A stretch of 64,000 nt of DNA. Origin: Alphaproteobacteria bacterium. GTDB taxonomy: Bacteria; Pseudomonadota; Alphaproteobacteria; SP197. The stretch covers positions 1,024,001 through 1,088,000 of the forward strand of contig OZ245842.1 in assembly GCA_965228895.1 (NCBI GenBank), written 5' to 3'. The translations under genes were made by a program, and so were the position numbers. The notes beneath the pieces were generated by a model. The model was not told where the DNA came from. It made no database searches and worked only from the letters and a program-made list of their open reading frames with translations. Below, piece by piece: positions 1-10,341 of this stretch. How positions within the stretch are numbered: the first letter of the stretch is position 1; every line of letters starts with the position of its first letter.

Positions 1-1129
1 GTGCGGTGCTGGCGCGGTCCATGCGCGCCAGGACGTCATCGATGTCGATGCGGTCGGCGATGAGTTGTTGGCCGTTGATCGAGGCAATGCTGGGGATCAT
101 TTCCTCGACGAACTCACGGGACTTCCGTCCGATCAAGTCGGCGGGTGCGTGGCCGTAGGCTTCGGCAAAGGCATCGTTGCACAGCAAGAGTTCGCCGTCG
201 GAGTCCGACACGGAAAATCCGTGCGGCAGACTGTTCATGGCGTCCTGCAGGAGCTGCAGCAGGTTCTCTCGCTGTTGGCGTGCCTCCAGACGCTCGCTCA
301 GGTCGCGGATGTCGGCAACGAACTGGACCTCGCCGTCAACGCTGATCTGTGAAAACGCCAGCTCCACGGGAAAGCATGAACCGTCGGCGCGCATGCCTTC
401 TGTTTCCATGACCTGGCCTTGCATCTGCGATACGCCGATCTCGCGATAGCGGGCAAAACCGTCTTCATGGCGCTGGCGCAGGTGTGGCGGGATCATGACA
501 TCGCCGATCTGGCGACCAACCACGTCGGCTTCCGACAATCCGAACAGCCGTTCGGCCGCCGGGTTCATGGCCACCAACTTGCCGTCGCCGTCGATGGTGA
601 CGATGCCGTTACGCGACGTTGCGACGATGGCCTGGTTCATCGCCTCGGACCGGCTCAACGCCTGCTGCGTCTCGACCTCGGCGGAGATATCGATCATGCA
701 GCCGACGAATTGGGCGGGCGTGTCCGCGGTTGCCGGCATGATTCGCAGTTCGTCACGGAACCACATCCAGGCACCGTCAGCGGTTTGAAACCGGTAGGTG
801 TGAGTCAGCGCACCGGCGTCGGGCAGGCGCCTGATGTTGTCGAAGTAGTCGTCCAGGTCGTCAGGGTGAATGAAGCGTCGGCCATAGGCGTGCTCATCGA
901 TGAAACGCGCCGGCTTGTGGCCGGTAATGGTCTCGATGTTGCTGCTGATAAAGCTGACGGGGGAGTCGTTACCAACCTCGGCGACGTAGTAAATGGCGCG
1001 CGACTGGGAGACCGCGAAATCGAGCAGCAGCTGTTCGCGATCGGCAATCGCCAAGGGCGGCGGGTCTTGCGATGTGTCCGTCGTCGTTATGTTCTCGTTC
1101 CACGGCTCCTGACGCCGGCACGGCGCCAT
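1..1129 (-). CDS. Multi-PAS-domain sensory protein (N-terminal part; runs off window start, probably a histidine kinase or diguanylate cyclase)
   Basis: Manual translation of the minus strand from ATG 1129 is open to the window edge, with PAS motifs (FISSNIETITG..RFIHPDD..YRFQTADGAWMWFRD..FVGCMIDIS; MNPAAERLFG..RADGSCFPVELAFS..DIRDLSER). Missing from the ORF track because the stop lies outside the window; the + strand ORFs here are its shadow. Confidence 0.85.
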   Translation of the reverse strand, partial: MAPCRRQEPWNENITTTDTSQDPPPLAIADREQLLLDFAVSQSRAIYYVAEVGNDSPVSFISSNIETITGHKPARFIDEHAYGRRFIHPDDLDDYFDNIRRLPDAGALTHTYRFQTADGAWMWFRDELRIMPATADTPAQFVGCMIDISAEVETQQALSRSEAMNQAIVATSRNGIVTIDGDGKLVAMNPAAERLFGLSEADVVGRQIGDVMIPPHLRQRHEDGFARYREIGVSQMQGQVMETEGMRADGSCFPVELAFSQISVDGEVQFVADIRDLSERLEARQQRENLLQLLQDAMNSLPHGFSVSDSDGELLLCNDAFAEAYGHAPADLIGRKSREFVEEMIPSIASINGQQLIADRIDIDDVLARMDRASTA

Positions 1130-1216
1130 CCGCTTTAAGCCTATCAGCGGTACGTTTCTGTTCGGTGCCTGGACGGGTGCCATTGTGTTTCAATTGTTTC
1201 AGCGCGCGTGCAACCG

Positions 1217-1251
1217 CATGCCCGGCGACTGGGCGGTTATCGCCGGGCATG
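1217..1251. other. 12-bp-stem hairpin downstream of the DUF1127 gene
   Basis: CATGCCCGGCGA-N11-TCGCCGGGCATG perfect inverted repeat; no U-tract on the minus strand. Confidence 0.5.
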
Positions 1252-1272
1252 GTCGGCTGACAAGCTACGCAC

Positions 1273-1476
1273 CTAGGCGTAGTGCCGAATATCGGCCGGC
1301 TTGGCGTTGTCGTTCGCGGTGCCGGACAGGCCGGCAATCTGGCAGCGGTGAAGCCCGATATCGCGCAGCGTATGGTCGTTCAGCATTTCCATGGCGGTCA
1401 GCGAGCGGCCTACGCGGTTGCGGCGACGCATGCGGCCGAAAACATCGGCAAAATGCTCTAGCGGATTGGTCAACAT
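1273..1476 (-). CDS. DUF1127 (YjiS-like) small RNA-binding protein
   Basis: Arg-rich stretch then LNDHTLRDIGLHR motif; ATG 1476 with GGAGG 8 nt upstream. Confidence 0.8.
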   Translation of the reverse strand: MLTNPLEHFADVFGRMRRRNRVGRSLTAMEMLNDHTLRDIGLHRCQIAGLSGTANDNAKPADIRHYA

Positions 1477-1576
1477 GGCACGGGCCTCCAACACTCCTGC
1501 TTCGGGCGGGGGCAAATCCCACGCGCCAAGCCAATGTGGCGACCGGCTGTTTCTGAATAATATCGGGACCGGCGCC

Positions 1577-2932
1577 TTATTGTTTCAGTTTGATGTCCGG
1601 CAGCGGCATCCGGCGGGTCCAGCTCTCGGCAACCCGTAAAAGCCTGCTATCGCTGCCGTGTGGGCCGATAACCTGCAGGCCCGCCGGTAAGCCGTCTTCC
1701 GCCAACCCGCAGGGGATCGAAACCGCCGGATGGCCGGTCAGGTTGAAGGGCGCCATGAAACGCATTTCGACCGTGCCCTCGTCGTCGACGATGTCGATGT
1801 CGGCCGATGGCGCCACCCAGGCGACGGTCGGACACACCAGGAGATCGACCCGGTCGAACACGTCGTCGAGCTTCCGGCGAAGCGCAGTGCGAAAGCGGTT
1901 GGCTTTGACGTAGTCGATGGCCGACGTCTCGAAACCCATCTCCAACTGGAGCCGGGTCTGGGGTCCATAACCTTCGGGATTGCTGGCCAGGACCGTTTCG
2001 TGCACCGCCGTTGCCTCAGGCAAGATGATGTCGATCAACGCCTGATCACAGGGTTCCAGATCGGGTAGATCCAGACCGAGACGTTCGCCGCCTGCCGCTT
2101 CCAGGGCTGCAACGCCTGCGTCAAACGCCGCCGCCATGCCCGGTGAAAGAGCGGGGTCATGACGAAACGCATCGACGACGGCAAAGCGGATGCCGGTCAG
2201 CGGGTGCGGTGTCAGGTCGCTGTTAACACCGCGCATCCCGTCCAACATGGCGAGCGTGCAGAGCGGTGTGCGCGCCATGGGTCCGGCATGGTCCAATGAC
2301 GGTGACAGGGGATACACACCCGCCGTGTCGACGAGGTCGAACGTCGGTTTCAGTCCCGCGATGCCGCAATAGCTGGCTGGTCCGCGGATCGAGCCGCCGG
2401 TGTCGGTGCCGACTGCAGCGGCAAAAAAGCCGGCGGCGACACCGGCGCCCGACCCGCTGCTGGAGCCGCCCGATATCCGTGAGACATCCCACGGATTGTT
2501 GGTCTGACCGAAAGCGGGATGCAGGGCGCCCGATGCAAATTCAAGGACGTTGGTCTTGGCGACAAAGACGGCGCCCGTCGTTTCCAGATGATCGACCAGG
2601 GCCGCCGACTGGGCTGGCGTATGCGGTGGGACCGCGTTCGAAGCGTAGGTCGTCGGCAGGCCGGCGACATCGATGATGTCCTTGATGCCGACCGGAATGC
2701 CGTGGAGCGGACCGCGATCGATGCCTTGCGCAATCTCTCGCCCGGCGCGCGCCGCCTGTTCGCGCGCCAGCGCTTCGCTCAACGTGATGACGGCGTTGAG
2801 CCTATCCTCCCAGGTCGCGATGCGCGCAAGGCATCCTTCGAGCACATCGAGAGGCGAGAACGCGCCCGTGCGAAACCCTTGGCCCAGCTCCGCGACCGTC
2901 GGCAGGGGTGTCGTCACGTCATCAATGGCCAT
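1577..2932 (-). CDS. Amidase-signature family protein
   Basis: GPLHGIPVGIKD, GGSSSGSGA and GTDTGGSIRGPAS motifs. Confidence 0.9.
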   Translation of the reverse strand: MAIDDVTTPLPTVAELGQGFRTGAFSPLDVLEGCLARIATWEDRLNAVITLSEALAREQAARAGREIAQGIDRGPLHGIPVGIKDIIDVAGLPTTYASNAVPPHTPAQSAALVDHLETTGAVFVAKTNVLEFASGALHPAFGQTNNPWDVSRISGGSSSGSGAGVAAGFFAAAVGTDTGGSIRGPASYCGIAGLKPTFDLVDTAGVYPLSPSLDHAGPMARTPLCTLAMLDGMRGVNSDLTPHPLTGIRFAVVDAFRHDPALSPGMAAAFDAGVAALEAAGGERLGLDLPDLEPCDQALIDIILPEATAVHETVLASNPEGYGPQTRLQLEMGFETSAIDYVKANRFRTALRRKLDDVFDRVDLLVCPTVAWVAPSADIDIVDDEGTVEMRFMAPFNLTGHPAVSIPCGLAEDGLPAGLQVIGPHGSDSRLLRVAESWTRRMPLPDIKLKQ

Positions 2933-2959
2933 CGGGTGTTCCTGCCTCTCCCTCTGTCC

Positions 2960-3916
2960 TCAGCTGCGCGCGGTTAGCGCGTGGGCCATGACACACAACA
3001 TTTCATACATCAGGTTGGCGGCGGTGACGCAGGTGATGCCGGTCGGGTCGAAGCATGGCGCGACTTCGCTGATGTCGGCACCGACAACGTCCAGACCCAA
3101 CAACGAGCGGATGATCACCTGTACGTCGCGTGGCAAGAGACCGCCGATCTCCGGCACGCCGGTACCCGGCGCATAGGTCGGATCCAGACCGTCGATATCG
3201 AGCGAGATATAGACCGGCCCGTCGCCCAGCGTTTCCAGCATGCGACGGATCACTTCGGCACGGCCCATTTCCTCGTATTCGTCCATGGTGATGATGGTGA
3301 AGCCGACGTCATAGCCGTACTTCAGATCATCGTCGCTGAACCGGCTGCCGCGCAGGCCGATCTGAACGATACGCTTGGGATCGATCAGGCCTTCTTCGTT
3401 GGCGCGGCGCAGGAAGGTCGCGTGGTTGATCTTGGTGCCGCACAGCTCATCCAGCGTGTCGGCGTGGGCGTCGAAATGGACCATGCCGACCGGCTGGTCC
3501 CTCGCGATGCCACGCAGGATCGGGATCGGGATCGTGTGGTCGCCGCCGATCGCGATCGGCCTGATACCGGCACCGTGCATCCGGGCGAAATAGGCCTCGA
3601 TCTTGTCGATCGAGTCCTCAAGGCTCAGCGGGTTAACCGGCGCATCGCCCAGGTCGGCGACGTTGCAGGCGTCAAACGGGTTGATGCCGCTGGAGGGATG
3701 CACACGCCGAATCAGACGCGATGCCTCGCGAATACCTGCCGGACCCTGACGCGCGCCGGACCGGAAGTTGACGCCCAGATCGAACGGGACGCCGACAAGG
3801 CCGACATCGATCGCCTCGTCGATATCGTGACGCGTTGTGCGCATGAACGTCGCGGCATCAGCAAACCGCGGCACGACGGCGGCATCGACCTGTTGAAAGC
3901 GCGGATCCGAACCCAT
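2960..3916 (-). CDS. speB: Agmatinase / guanidinobutyrase-like ureohydrolase
   Basis: GVPFD, GGDHT, HFDAHAD and SLDIDGLDP..PGTG metal-binding motifs; exact substrate uncertain. Confidence 0.85.
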   Translation of the reverse strand: MGSDPRFQQVDAAVVPRFADAATFMRTTRHDIDEAIDVGLVGVPFDLGVNFRSGARQGPAGIREASRLIRRVHPSSGINPFDACNVADLGDAPVNPLSLEDSIDKIEAYFARMHGAGIRPIAIGGDHTIPIPILRGIARDQPVGMVHFDAHADTLDELCGTKINHATFLRRANEEGLIDPKRIVQIGLRGSRFSDDDLKYGYDVGFTIITMDEYEEMGRAEVIRRMLETLGDGPVYISLDIDGLDPTYAPGTGVPEIGGLLPRDVQVIIRSLLGLDVVGADISEVAPCFDPTGITCVTAANLMYEMLCVMAHALTARS

Positions 3917-3990
3917 GATTGACCTGCCCTGATGATGTTGTTGTGCGAGCAGGCAACTTATGGCTGGACGTGGTGAAAAGGCCAGCCGAT

Positions 3991-4455
3991 TCAGGCCGGC
4001 GGTGGCGGGCTCTGTCGTTTGATCGCCTGGACGGCGGTTTCGAGCGCCTGCAGAAACCTCGAACGGTCGGCTTTGGCGAAGGGTCGCCCGCCGCCCGTGA
4101 CCTCGCCGGTCTCGCGCAGATGGGTCATCAGGTCACGGGTCGCCAGGACCGCGCCGATGTTATCGGGCGTTAGCGGCCGGCCGGATGGATCGACGACATG
4201 GGCGCCGGCCTCGACACAGCGCGCGGCGAGCGGAATATCGGCGGTGATCACGATATCGGCGGCGCCACAGTGTTCGGCAATCCAGTCATCGGCGACATCC
4301 AGGCCGTCGGCGACGATCACATTGCGAACCAAGACGGGATTGGAGGGCCGGATGCCGCTGTTGCTGACCATGTGGACGATGATGCTGTGGCGCTCGGCCA
4401 CCCGCACGATCTCGTCCTTGACCGGGCATGCGTCGGCGTCGACGTAAATTTCCAA
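3991..4455 (-). CDS. YaiI/YqxD family protein (DUF188)
   Basis: IYVDADACPVK and VITADIPLA motifs; TTG 4455 with AGGAG upstream. Confidence 0.85.
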   Translation of the reverse strand: MEIYVDADACPVKDEIVRVAERHSIIVHMVSNSGIRPSNPVLVRNVIVADGLDVADDWIAEHCGAADIVITADIPLAARCVEAGAHVVDPSGRPLTPDNIGAVLATRDLMTHLRETGEVTGGGRPFAKADRSRFLQALETAVQAIKRQSPPPPA

Positions 4456-4631
4456 ATCGGGGTCTCCTGGGGGCGGAACAGGGGTGGCAGACTGGCTGAC
4501 GGGCGGTACTACGTCCAGAGTTGCATTGGGCAAAAACCGCCCGTTTTCAGCAGTTTGCCGCGCTTGATTGACGGTTCCACGGGCCGGCCGCATACTCATT
4601 TCGCACTTGCGAGATGAATGGGATTGGGCCG

Positions 4632-6779
4632 ATGAGCCGGTTTCGTGATCAAGCGCCGGAATCGTGGCGCGATCTGGCGGAAAAAGACCTGAAAGGCGAC
4701 AGCGTCGACAGCCTGGTTTGGCGTTCACCTGAGGGCCTTGACGTCAAACCGCTCTATACGGCCGCCGATCTGGAGGCGCTTCAAGGCCTCGATACCTTGC
4801 CCGGCATCGCGCCCTATATGCGGGGCGTGCGCGCCACCATGTACGCCAACCGGCCATGGACGATCCGGCAGTATGCCGGTTTCTCGACGGCCGAAGAATC
4901 AAACGCCTTCTATCGCCAGGCGCTTGCCGGGGGTCAGAAGGGGCTCTCCGTCGCGTTCGATCTGGCGACCCACCGGGGTTACGACAGCGACCATCCGCGC
5001 GTCGTCGGCGATGTCGGCAAGGCCGGGGTCGCGATCGACAGCGTGGAAGACACCAAGATCCTGTTCGACGGCATCCCGCTCGACGAGATGACCGTGTCGA
5101 TGACCATGAACGGCGCCGTGTTGCCGGTGATGGCGATGTACATCGTCGCGGCGGAAGAGCAGGGCGTTTCCCAGGAGAAGCTCGCCGGGACCATTCAGAA
5201 CGACATCCTGAAAGAGTTCATGGTGCGCAACACCTATATCTATCCGCCCGAGCCGTCGATGCGGATCGTGGCCGACATCATCGCCCACACGGCCGAACAC
5301 ATGCCGCGCTTCAATTCGATCTCGATCAGCGGCTATCACATGCAGGAGGCCGGCGCGACGGCGGTCCAGGAGCTCGCGTTTACGTTGGCCGATGGTGTCG
5401 AGTACGTGCGTGCGGCGCTGTCGCGCGGCCTGGATGTCGACAGCTTCGCGCCGCGCCTCAGTTTCTTCTTCGCCATCGGCATGAACTTCTTCATGGAGGT
5501 CGCCAAGCTGCGCGCCGCGCGTATGCTGTGGTCGGAGCTGATGGCGGAGTTCGAACCGAAGAACCCGCGCTCCAGCATGTTGCGGACCCATTGTCAGACC
5601 TCCGGCGTCTCGCTGACCGAGCAAGATCCCTACAACAACATCGTCCGGACGGCCTATGAGGCGCTGGCGGCCGTGCTCGGCGGCACGCAGAGCCTGCATA
5701 CCAACTCGTTCGACGAGGCGCTAGCGTTGCCGTCCGACTTCGCTGCCCATATCGCGCGGAACACGCAGTTGATCCTGGCCGAGGAGACCGAGGTCACCCG
5801 TGTCGTGGATCCACTTGCCGGCAGCTACTACGTCGAGAGCCTGACCCAGTCCTTGGCTGCCGAGGCGCGCAAGCTGATCGGCGAGGTCGACGAACTCGGC
5901 GGCATGACCAAGGCGATCGAGGCCGGCATGCCGAAGCTCAGGATCGAGGAAAGCGCGGCGCGCCGTCAGGCTCGTATCGATCGCGGCGAAGAGGTCATCG
6001 TCGGCGTCAACAAGTACACCGGAGGCCACGAGAGCGAGGTCGAGGTGCGCGACATCGACAACGCCGGGGTGCGCGAGCAGCAGGTCGCGCGCCTGAACAA
6101 GATCCGCGAGACCCGCGACGAAGCCGCTAGCCGCGCGGCGCTGGAGGCAATCACGGCAGGCGCCGCCGGTGACGCCAACCTCCTGGCGCTGTCGATCGAC
6201 GCGGCACGGGCCCGTGCCACGGTGGGTGAGATCTCCGATGCCATGGAGCAGGTCTTCACACGCCACCGCGCGGTCATTCGCTCGATATCCGGCGTCTATG
6301 GCGATGCCTGGGAGGGTGACGAGGCGTTTGAGCGCATCCGTACCGAAATTGACGACTTCGCCGCCAAGGAAGGCCGCCGGCCTCGCATGCTCGTCGTGAA
6401 GCTGGGTCAGGATGGCCATGATCGCGGCGCCAAGGTCATCGCCACCGCGTTTGCCGATATCGGCTTTGACGTCGACATGGGGCCGCTCTTCCAGACGCCC
6501 GACGAAGCGGCGCGCCAGGCGGTTGAGAACGACGTGCATGTCATCGGCGTGTCGAGCCAGGCGGCCGGTCACAAGACATTGGTGCCCCAGCTTATCGAGG
6601 AGCTGAAGCAGCAGGGCGCAGGCGACATCCTTGTGGTCTGCGGCGGCGTCATTCCGCCCCAGGACTACGACATGCTGAAGGCCGCGGGCGTCAGTGCGAT
6701 TTACGGACCCGGCACGAGCATTCCGGCTGCCGCCGCGGAGATCCTGGATCTCGTCCAGAGCCGGCGCCAGGCGGCCTGA
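4632..6779 (+). CDS. scpA: Methylmalonyl-CoA mutase
   Basis: [22 protein letters not shown] and B12-binding [12 protein letters not shown] motifs. Confidence 0.95.
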   Translation: MSRFRDQAPESWRDLAEKDLKGDSVDSLVWRSPEGLDVKPLYTAADLEALQGLDTLPGIAPYMRGVRATMYANRPWTIRQYAGFSTAEESNAFYRQALAGGQKGLSVAFDLATHRGYDSDHPRVVGDVGKAGVAIDSVEDTKILFDGIPLDEMTVSMTMNGAVLPVMAMYIVAAEEQGVSQEKLAGTIQNDILKEFMVRNTYIYPPEPSMRIVADIIAHTAEHMPRFNSISISGYHMQEAGATAVQELAFTLADGVEYVRAALSRGLDVDSFAPRLSFFFAIGMNFFMEVAKLRAARMLWSELMAEFEPKNPRSSMLRTHCQTSGVSLTEQDPYNNIVRTAYEALAAVLGGTQSLHTNSFDEALALPSDFAAHIARNTQLILAEETEVTRVVDPLAGSYYVESLTQSLAAEARKLIGEVDELGGMTKAIEAGMPKLRIEESAARRQARIDRGEEVIVGVNKYTGGHESEVEVRDIDNAGVREQQVARLNKIRETRDEAASRAALEAITAGAAGDANLLALSIDAARARATVGEISDAMEQVFTRHRAVIRSISGVYGDAWEGDEAFERIRTEIDDFAAKEGRRPRMLVVKLGQDGHDRGAKVIATAFADIGFDVDMGPLFQTPDEAARQAVENDVHVIGVSSQAAGHKTLVPQLIEELKQQGAGDILVVCGGVIPPQDYDMLKAAGVSAIYGPGTSIPAAAAEILDLVQSRRQAA

Positions 6780-6790
6780 CCGCGCCCACC

Positions 6791-7771
6791 TTGACCGCCA
6801 CCAGCGACTTCATCAAAGCGATCCAGTCGGGCGACCGGCGCGCCATGGCGCGCGCGATCACACTGGTCGAATCGACCCGAGATGCCGATCAGGATGCCGC
6901 CGAGGACCTGCTTGCCGGTCTGTTGCCGTTGGGCGGCAAGGCCAAGCGTCTCGGCATTTCCGGTGCGCCCGGTGTCGGCAAGTCGACCTTCGTCGAAGCG
7001 TTCGGTCTTTACGCCATCGAACAAGGCCACCGCGTGGCTGTTCTGGCGGTCGATCCGTCCTCGACCCGCACCGGCGGTTCGATCCTGGGCGACAAGACCC
7101 GCATGGAACGGTTGTCGCGTGATCCGCAAGCCTTCATCCGGCCGTCGCCGTCCGCCGGCTTGCTGGGTGGCATCGCCCGGCGCACCCGTGAAGCGATCGC
7201 CGTGGTCGAGGCGGCCGGCTACGACGTCGTCATTGTCGAGACGGTCGGCGTCGGCCAGTCCGAAACGGCGGTCGCCGATGTCACCGACATGTTCTTGCTG
7301 CTGTTGGCGCCGGGGGCCGGCGACACGTTGCAGGGCGTCAAACGCGGCGTCATGGAACTGGCCGATCTGATCCTGGTCAACAAGGCCGATGGCGCCCTGA
7401 GGGACGCCGCGCGCCATGTGGTCGCCGACTACCGTGCCGCGCTCGGTCTCCTGAAACCGCAGTCGGCCCACTGGTCGCCACAGGTCGAATCGTGCTCAGC
7501 GCTTGAGGGAACCGATATCGACGCCGCCTGGGCGGTCGTCGAGGCATTCTGGCAGACCATGACCGATGCGGGCGCCCTGGAGGCACGCCGCCAAGACCAG
7601 GCAAAACGGCGTTTGTGGCTGGAAATCGGCGATTACGTCATGGAACGGGTCCGGACCGACCCGCGAACTGCCAGATTGGTGGCGGGTCTGGAAAACGACG
7701 TCGCGGCCGGTGATCTGCCGGTCAGAACCGCCGCGCGCCAAGCGTTGGCGCCGCTTTTCGGCGAATCTTGA
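6791..7771 (+). CDS. meaB: Methylmalonyl-CoA mutase-associated GTPase MeaB
   Basis: GAPGVGKST, AVDPSS..GGSILGDKTRM, ETVGVGQSE, NKAD; adjacent to the mutase. Confidence 0.93.
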   Translation: MTATSDFIKAIQSGDRRAMARAITLVESTRDADQDAAEDLLAGLLPLGGKAKRLGISGAPGVGKSTFVEAFGLYAIEQGHRVAVLAVDPSSTRTGGSILGDKTRMERLSRDPQAFIRPSPSAGLLGGIARRTREAIAVVEAAGYDVVIVETVGVGQSETAVADVTDMFLLLLAPGAGDTLQGVKRGVMELADLILVNKADGALRDAARHVVADYRAALGLLKPQSAHWSPQVESCSALEGTDIDAAWAVVEAFWQTMTDAGALEARRQDQAKRRLWLEIGDYVMERVRTDPRTARLVAGLENDVAAGDLPVRTAARQALAPLFGES

Positions 7772-7863
7772 CCTTCGGGCCAGCCGCGCGTAAATAGCCG
7801 CTCCCGGTTTCATGTGGCGTGGCCCCGGCGGCCGCGCCTTAGCTTATTTCAAGGAGTTGGATC

Positions 7864-8166
7864 ATGTCGCGACGCTGCCAACTGACAGGCAAGGGCGTCC
7901 AGTCGGGCAACAATGTGAGCCACGCGCAGAACAAGACCCGGCGCCGGTTCCTGCCCAACCTGCAGACAACCAAGCTTTATTCCGATGCGCTCGGCCAGAT
8001 GATCTCGCTCCGGCTCTCGGCGAACGCCATCCGAACGGTCGAAAAGAACGGCGGCCTCGATGCCTTTTTGATGAGCCGCAACGACAGCAAGCTGCCCGAC
8101 GAAGCGCTGCGCCTGAAGCGGCGGATCGAGAAGGCCGCGGCCCGCAAGGCCGAAGCCGCCGCTTGA
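7864..8166 (+). CDS. rpmB: 50S ribosomal protein L28
   Basis: [30 protein letters not shown]; AAGGAG RBS. Confidence 0.97.
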   Translation: MSRRCQLTGKGVQSGNNVSHAQNKTRRRFLPNLQTTKLYSDALGQMISLRLSANAIRTVEKNGGLDAFLMSRNDSKLPDEALRLKRRIEKAAARKAEAAA

Positions 8167-8194
8167 TCGCCCGCCCCGGGAGGGGCCGTCAGCC

Positions 8195-8797
8195 ATGAGC
8201 ATCTATCCGCGTGAGTTGATCTTGCCGACCGCGGCAATGGTCGTCGTTGTCGTCGCGTCGAACGTCCTGGTTCATTTCCAGATCAACGACTGGCTGACCT
8301 GGGGCGCCTTCACGTTCCCATTTGCCTTTCTGGTGACCGACCTGTCGAACCGCGCGCTGGGCCCGGTCAAAGCGGTCAAGATCGCGCTTGTCGGTTTTGT
8401 CGTCGGCGTCTTGATGTCGGCGGCCTTTTCCGATTGGCCGGAGCCGCTGATCGGCTTGCCTCATGTCTTGACTGATGTGGCGCTGTTGACGGCGGTTGCG
8501 TCGGGTACCGCCTTCATTACCGGGCAGTTGCTGGATATCGCAATCTTTCAAAAGCTGCGTCGCGCCACATGGTGGAAAGCGCCACTGGTGTCGTCGGCCG
8601 TGGCGTCGGCGATCGATACGCTGATCTTCTTCTTTCTGCTGTTCGGCGTCTTCTTCCCTGAGTGGGGCCTTAACTGGTTCCAGCTCGGTGTCGGCGATTA
8701 TGTGGTCAAGGGCTTGATGTGTGTGACGCTCTTGGCGCCCTATCGTCTGCTGATGGGTGTCTTCGCGCCGCAGTACTTCGTGGCGCCAAAAACCTAG
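8195..8797 (+). CDS. VUT / YhhQ-family queuosine-precursor transporter
   Basis: Hydrophobic; TWGAFTFPFAFLVTDL..G and GQLLDI..F motifs. Confidence 0.8.
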   Translation: MSIYPRELILPTAAMVVVVVASNVLVHFQINDWLTWGAFTFPFAFLVTDLSNRALGPVKAVKIALVGFVVGVLMSAAFSDWPEPLIGLPHVLTDVALLTAVASGTAFITGQLLDIAIFQKLRRATWWKAPLVSSAVASAIDTLIFFFLLFGVFFPEWGLNWFQLGVGDYVVKGLMCVTLLAPYRLLMGVFAPQYFVAPKT

Positions 8798-9291
8798 TCG
8801 TCGCCGACAATCGCCATCATCGTGTTGCTGTGGGTGGCGAAACCCTGGCGTTCAAACCAGCGCTGCGCCGCCTCATTGAAGCGCCACGCTTCCAGCGCCA
8901 GCGTCTCGACGCCGTTTTCGGCTGCTAGCCTCTTCAACAGATCCATCAGCGCCTTGCCACAGCCCTTACCGCGGTAGTCCGGTGAGACAACGACGGATTC
9001 CAGCCACAGAATGGGCCGATCGATCAGGTAGACGCCGGTTGGGTCGAGCCGTGTGAATTCATAGATCGCCATGCCGACCGCGGCCGTATCGTGCCAGGCG
9101 AGCAGGATACCTTTGTGATCGGCATCGATCGCATCGCCAACCAGGCGTCGGAAATTGTCGTTCAGCGATGGCGGCTTGAAGAGGTCGGGCCGCGCGGCGA
9201 CGTGGATCTCCTGCACCTGGCGGTACAATCCAAAGCATGCGTCGAGATCATCGTGGCCGGCGGCCCGGATGTTGAGCGTTTGCGTGGTCAT
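8794..9291 (-). CDS. GNAT family N-acetyltransferase
   Basis: VVSPDYRGKGCGKAL acetyl-CoA motif; N..A..WFERQGF. Confidence 0.85.
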   Translation of the reverse strand: MTTQTLNIRAAGHDDLDACFGLYRQVQEIHVAARPDLFKPPSLNDNFRRLVGDAIDADHKGILLAWHDTAAVGMAIYEFTRLDPTGVYLIDRPILWLESVVVSPDYRGKGCGKALMDLLKRLAAENGVETLALEAWRFNEAAQRWFERQGFATHSNTMMAIVGDD

Positions 9292-10316
9292 GATGCGGCC
9301 AGGTGAAACTGATAAAGCAGCGTGCGCTGGGTGAAATTGAAGTTGTCGTCGGAGACGATGTAGAGCAGATACCCGCTGCCATCCGGTGCCGGTCTGACGG
9401 CCAGCCCTTCGAAATTGTCGATCAGCAGGGAATTGCTGAATGCCGCCAGGACGGGCGGGTCGATGATGTCGTCGCCTTGCAGCATCTCAGGCGCGATACG
9501 ACGCAGGCGAATGCTGAGAAACGCCGGTTCCATGAACCACCGTTCCAGGACGATCAGGCTGCCGTCGTCCAGTCCCGCCATACTGGTGACGCTGAAGTCG
9601 TCGTGGCCCTGGTAGGCGAGCTTTCGCCAGGCGCCGTTCTCCAGCAGCCATCCGTCGATGATCTGATCATCGCCCTGTGATTCCTCGGCGAACACCAGAG
9701 GCCGCCCGTCAGGCAACAGGGCGACCGACTCCAGGCCACCATTGGACCTGAGCGCCGTCACCTCGCCCGGCAGTTCGATTGCGAAGGGCAGGGCGTCGAT
9801 GGCGTCGTAATGCCACAAGCGATGCTCGCGCTCGAAGGTGACGTAGTAGCCGCCGTCAAAGGTGCGCGCCAAGTCTTCGGCATCGCGCCAGCGCACGGAA
9901 TCACCGGCCGCGCGGTCGGCGAGTGGCGAGCCATCGACGTCGAACATGGGATGAATGGCAAGGTTCTGAATTGAGAGCAGTTTTCCGTTCTCGTCCTGGT
10001 CCAGGTCGGCGGTGACCCACCAGCCGCGATCGCTAACGGCGACGAGCCGCGATCCGTCGCCGGCAATATCGAGACCCGAGAGACCGCCGAAGTTCGGGTC
10101 GTTGAGTTCAAGCTCAAAGCCCGACAGCAAGGTCAGCGCGCCGAATGTGCGGCGTTCCGGATCGTCGCGATCCAGGGTTGCCGTGGTCACGTTTTCCTCG
10201 CCGGTCGGCGTCTGCGCGCAGGCCGCGATGCCGGCCAGCGTCAGCAGCAGGACGCACAGGTTTGTGAGCGCGAACGTCTTGGTGGTGCGCGAAAGGCGCG
10301 TTAACGTCGTGACCAT
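9288..10316 (-). CDS. Esterase-like activity of phytase family lipoprotein (start uncertain)
   Basis: FGGLSGL, VSDRG, DAE, NGGLES, DNFEGL and VSDDNF..QRTLL motifs; lipobox IAAC. Confidence 0.8.
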   Translation of the reverse strand: MVTTLTRLSRTTKTFALTNLCVLLLTLAGIAACAQTPTGEENVTTATLDRDDPERRTFGALTLLSGFELELNDPNFGGLSGLDIAGDGSRLVAVSDRGWWVTADLDQDENGKLLSIQNLAIHPMFDVDGSPLADRAAGDSVRWRDAEDLARTFDGGYYVTFEREHRLWHYDAIDALPFAIELPGEVTALRSNGGLESVALLPDGRPLVFAEESQGDDQIIDGWLLENGAWRKLAYQGHDDFSVTSMAGLDDGSLIVLERWFMEPAFLSIRLRRIAPEMLQGDDIIDPPVLAAFSNSLLIDNFEGLAVRPAPDGSGYLLYIVSDDNFNFTQRTLLYQFHLAAS

Positions 10317-10341
10317 TCAAACTCCATCCAAGAGGACCATC

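Noticed and set aside
65-1138. + strand ORFs 65..352 and 419..1138
   Set aside because: In-frame antisense shadows of the minus-strand PAS protein.
1130-1272. Cuckoo sRNA after DUF1127
   Set aside because: No CCTCCTCCC repeats on the coding strand.
8167-8194. preQ1 riboswitch upstream of the VUT transporter
   Set aside because: Only 28 nt of intergenic space and no recognisable aptamer.
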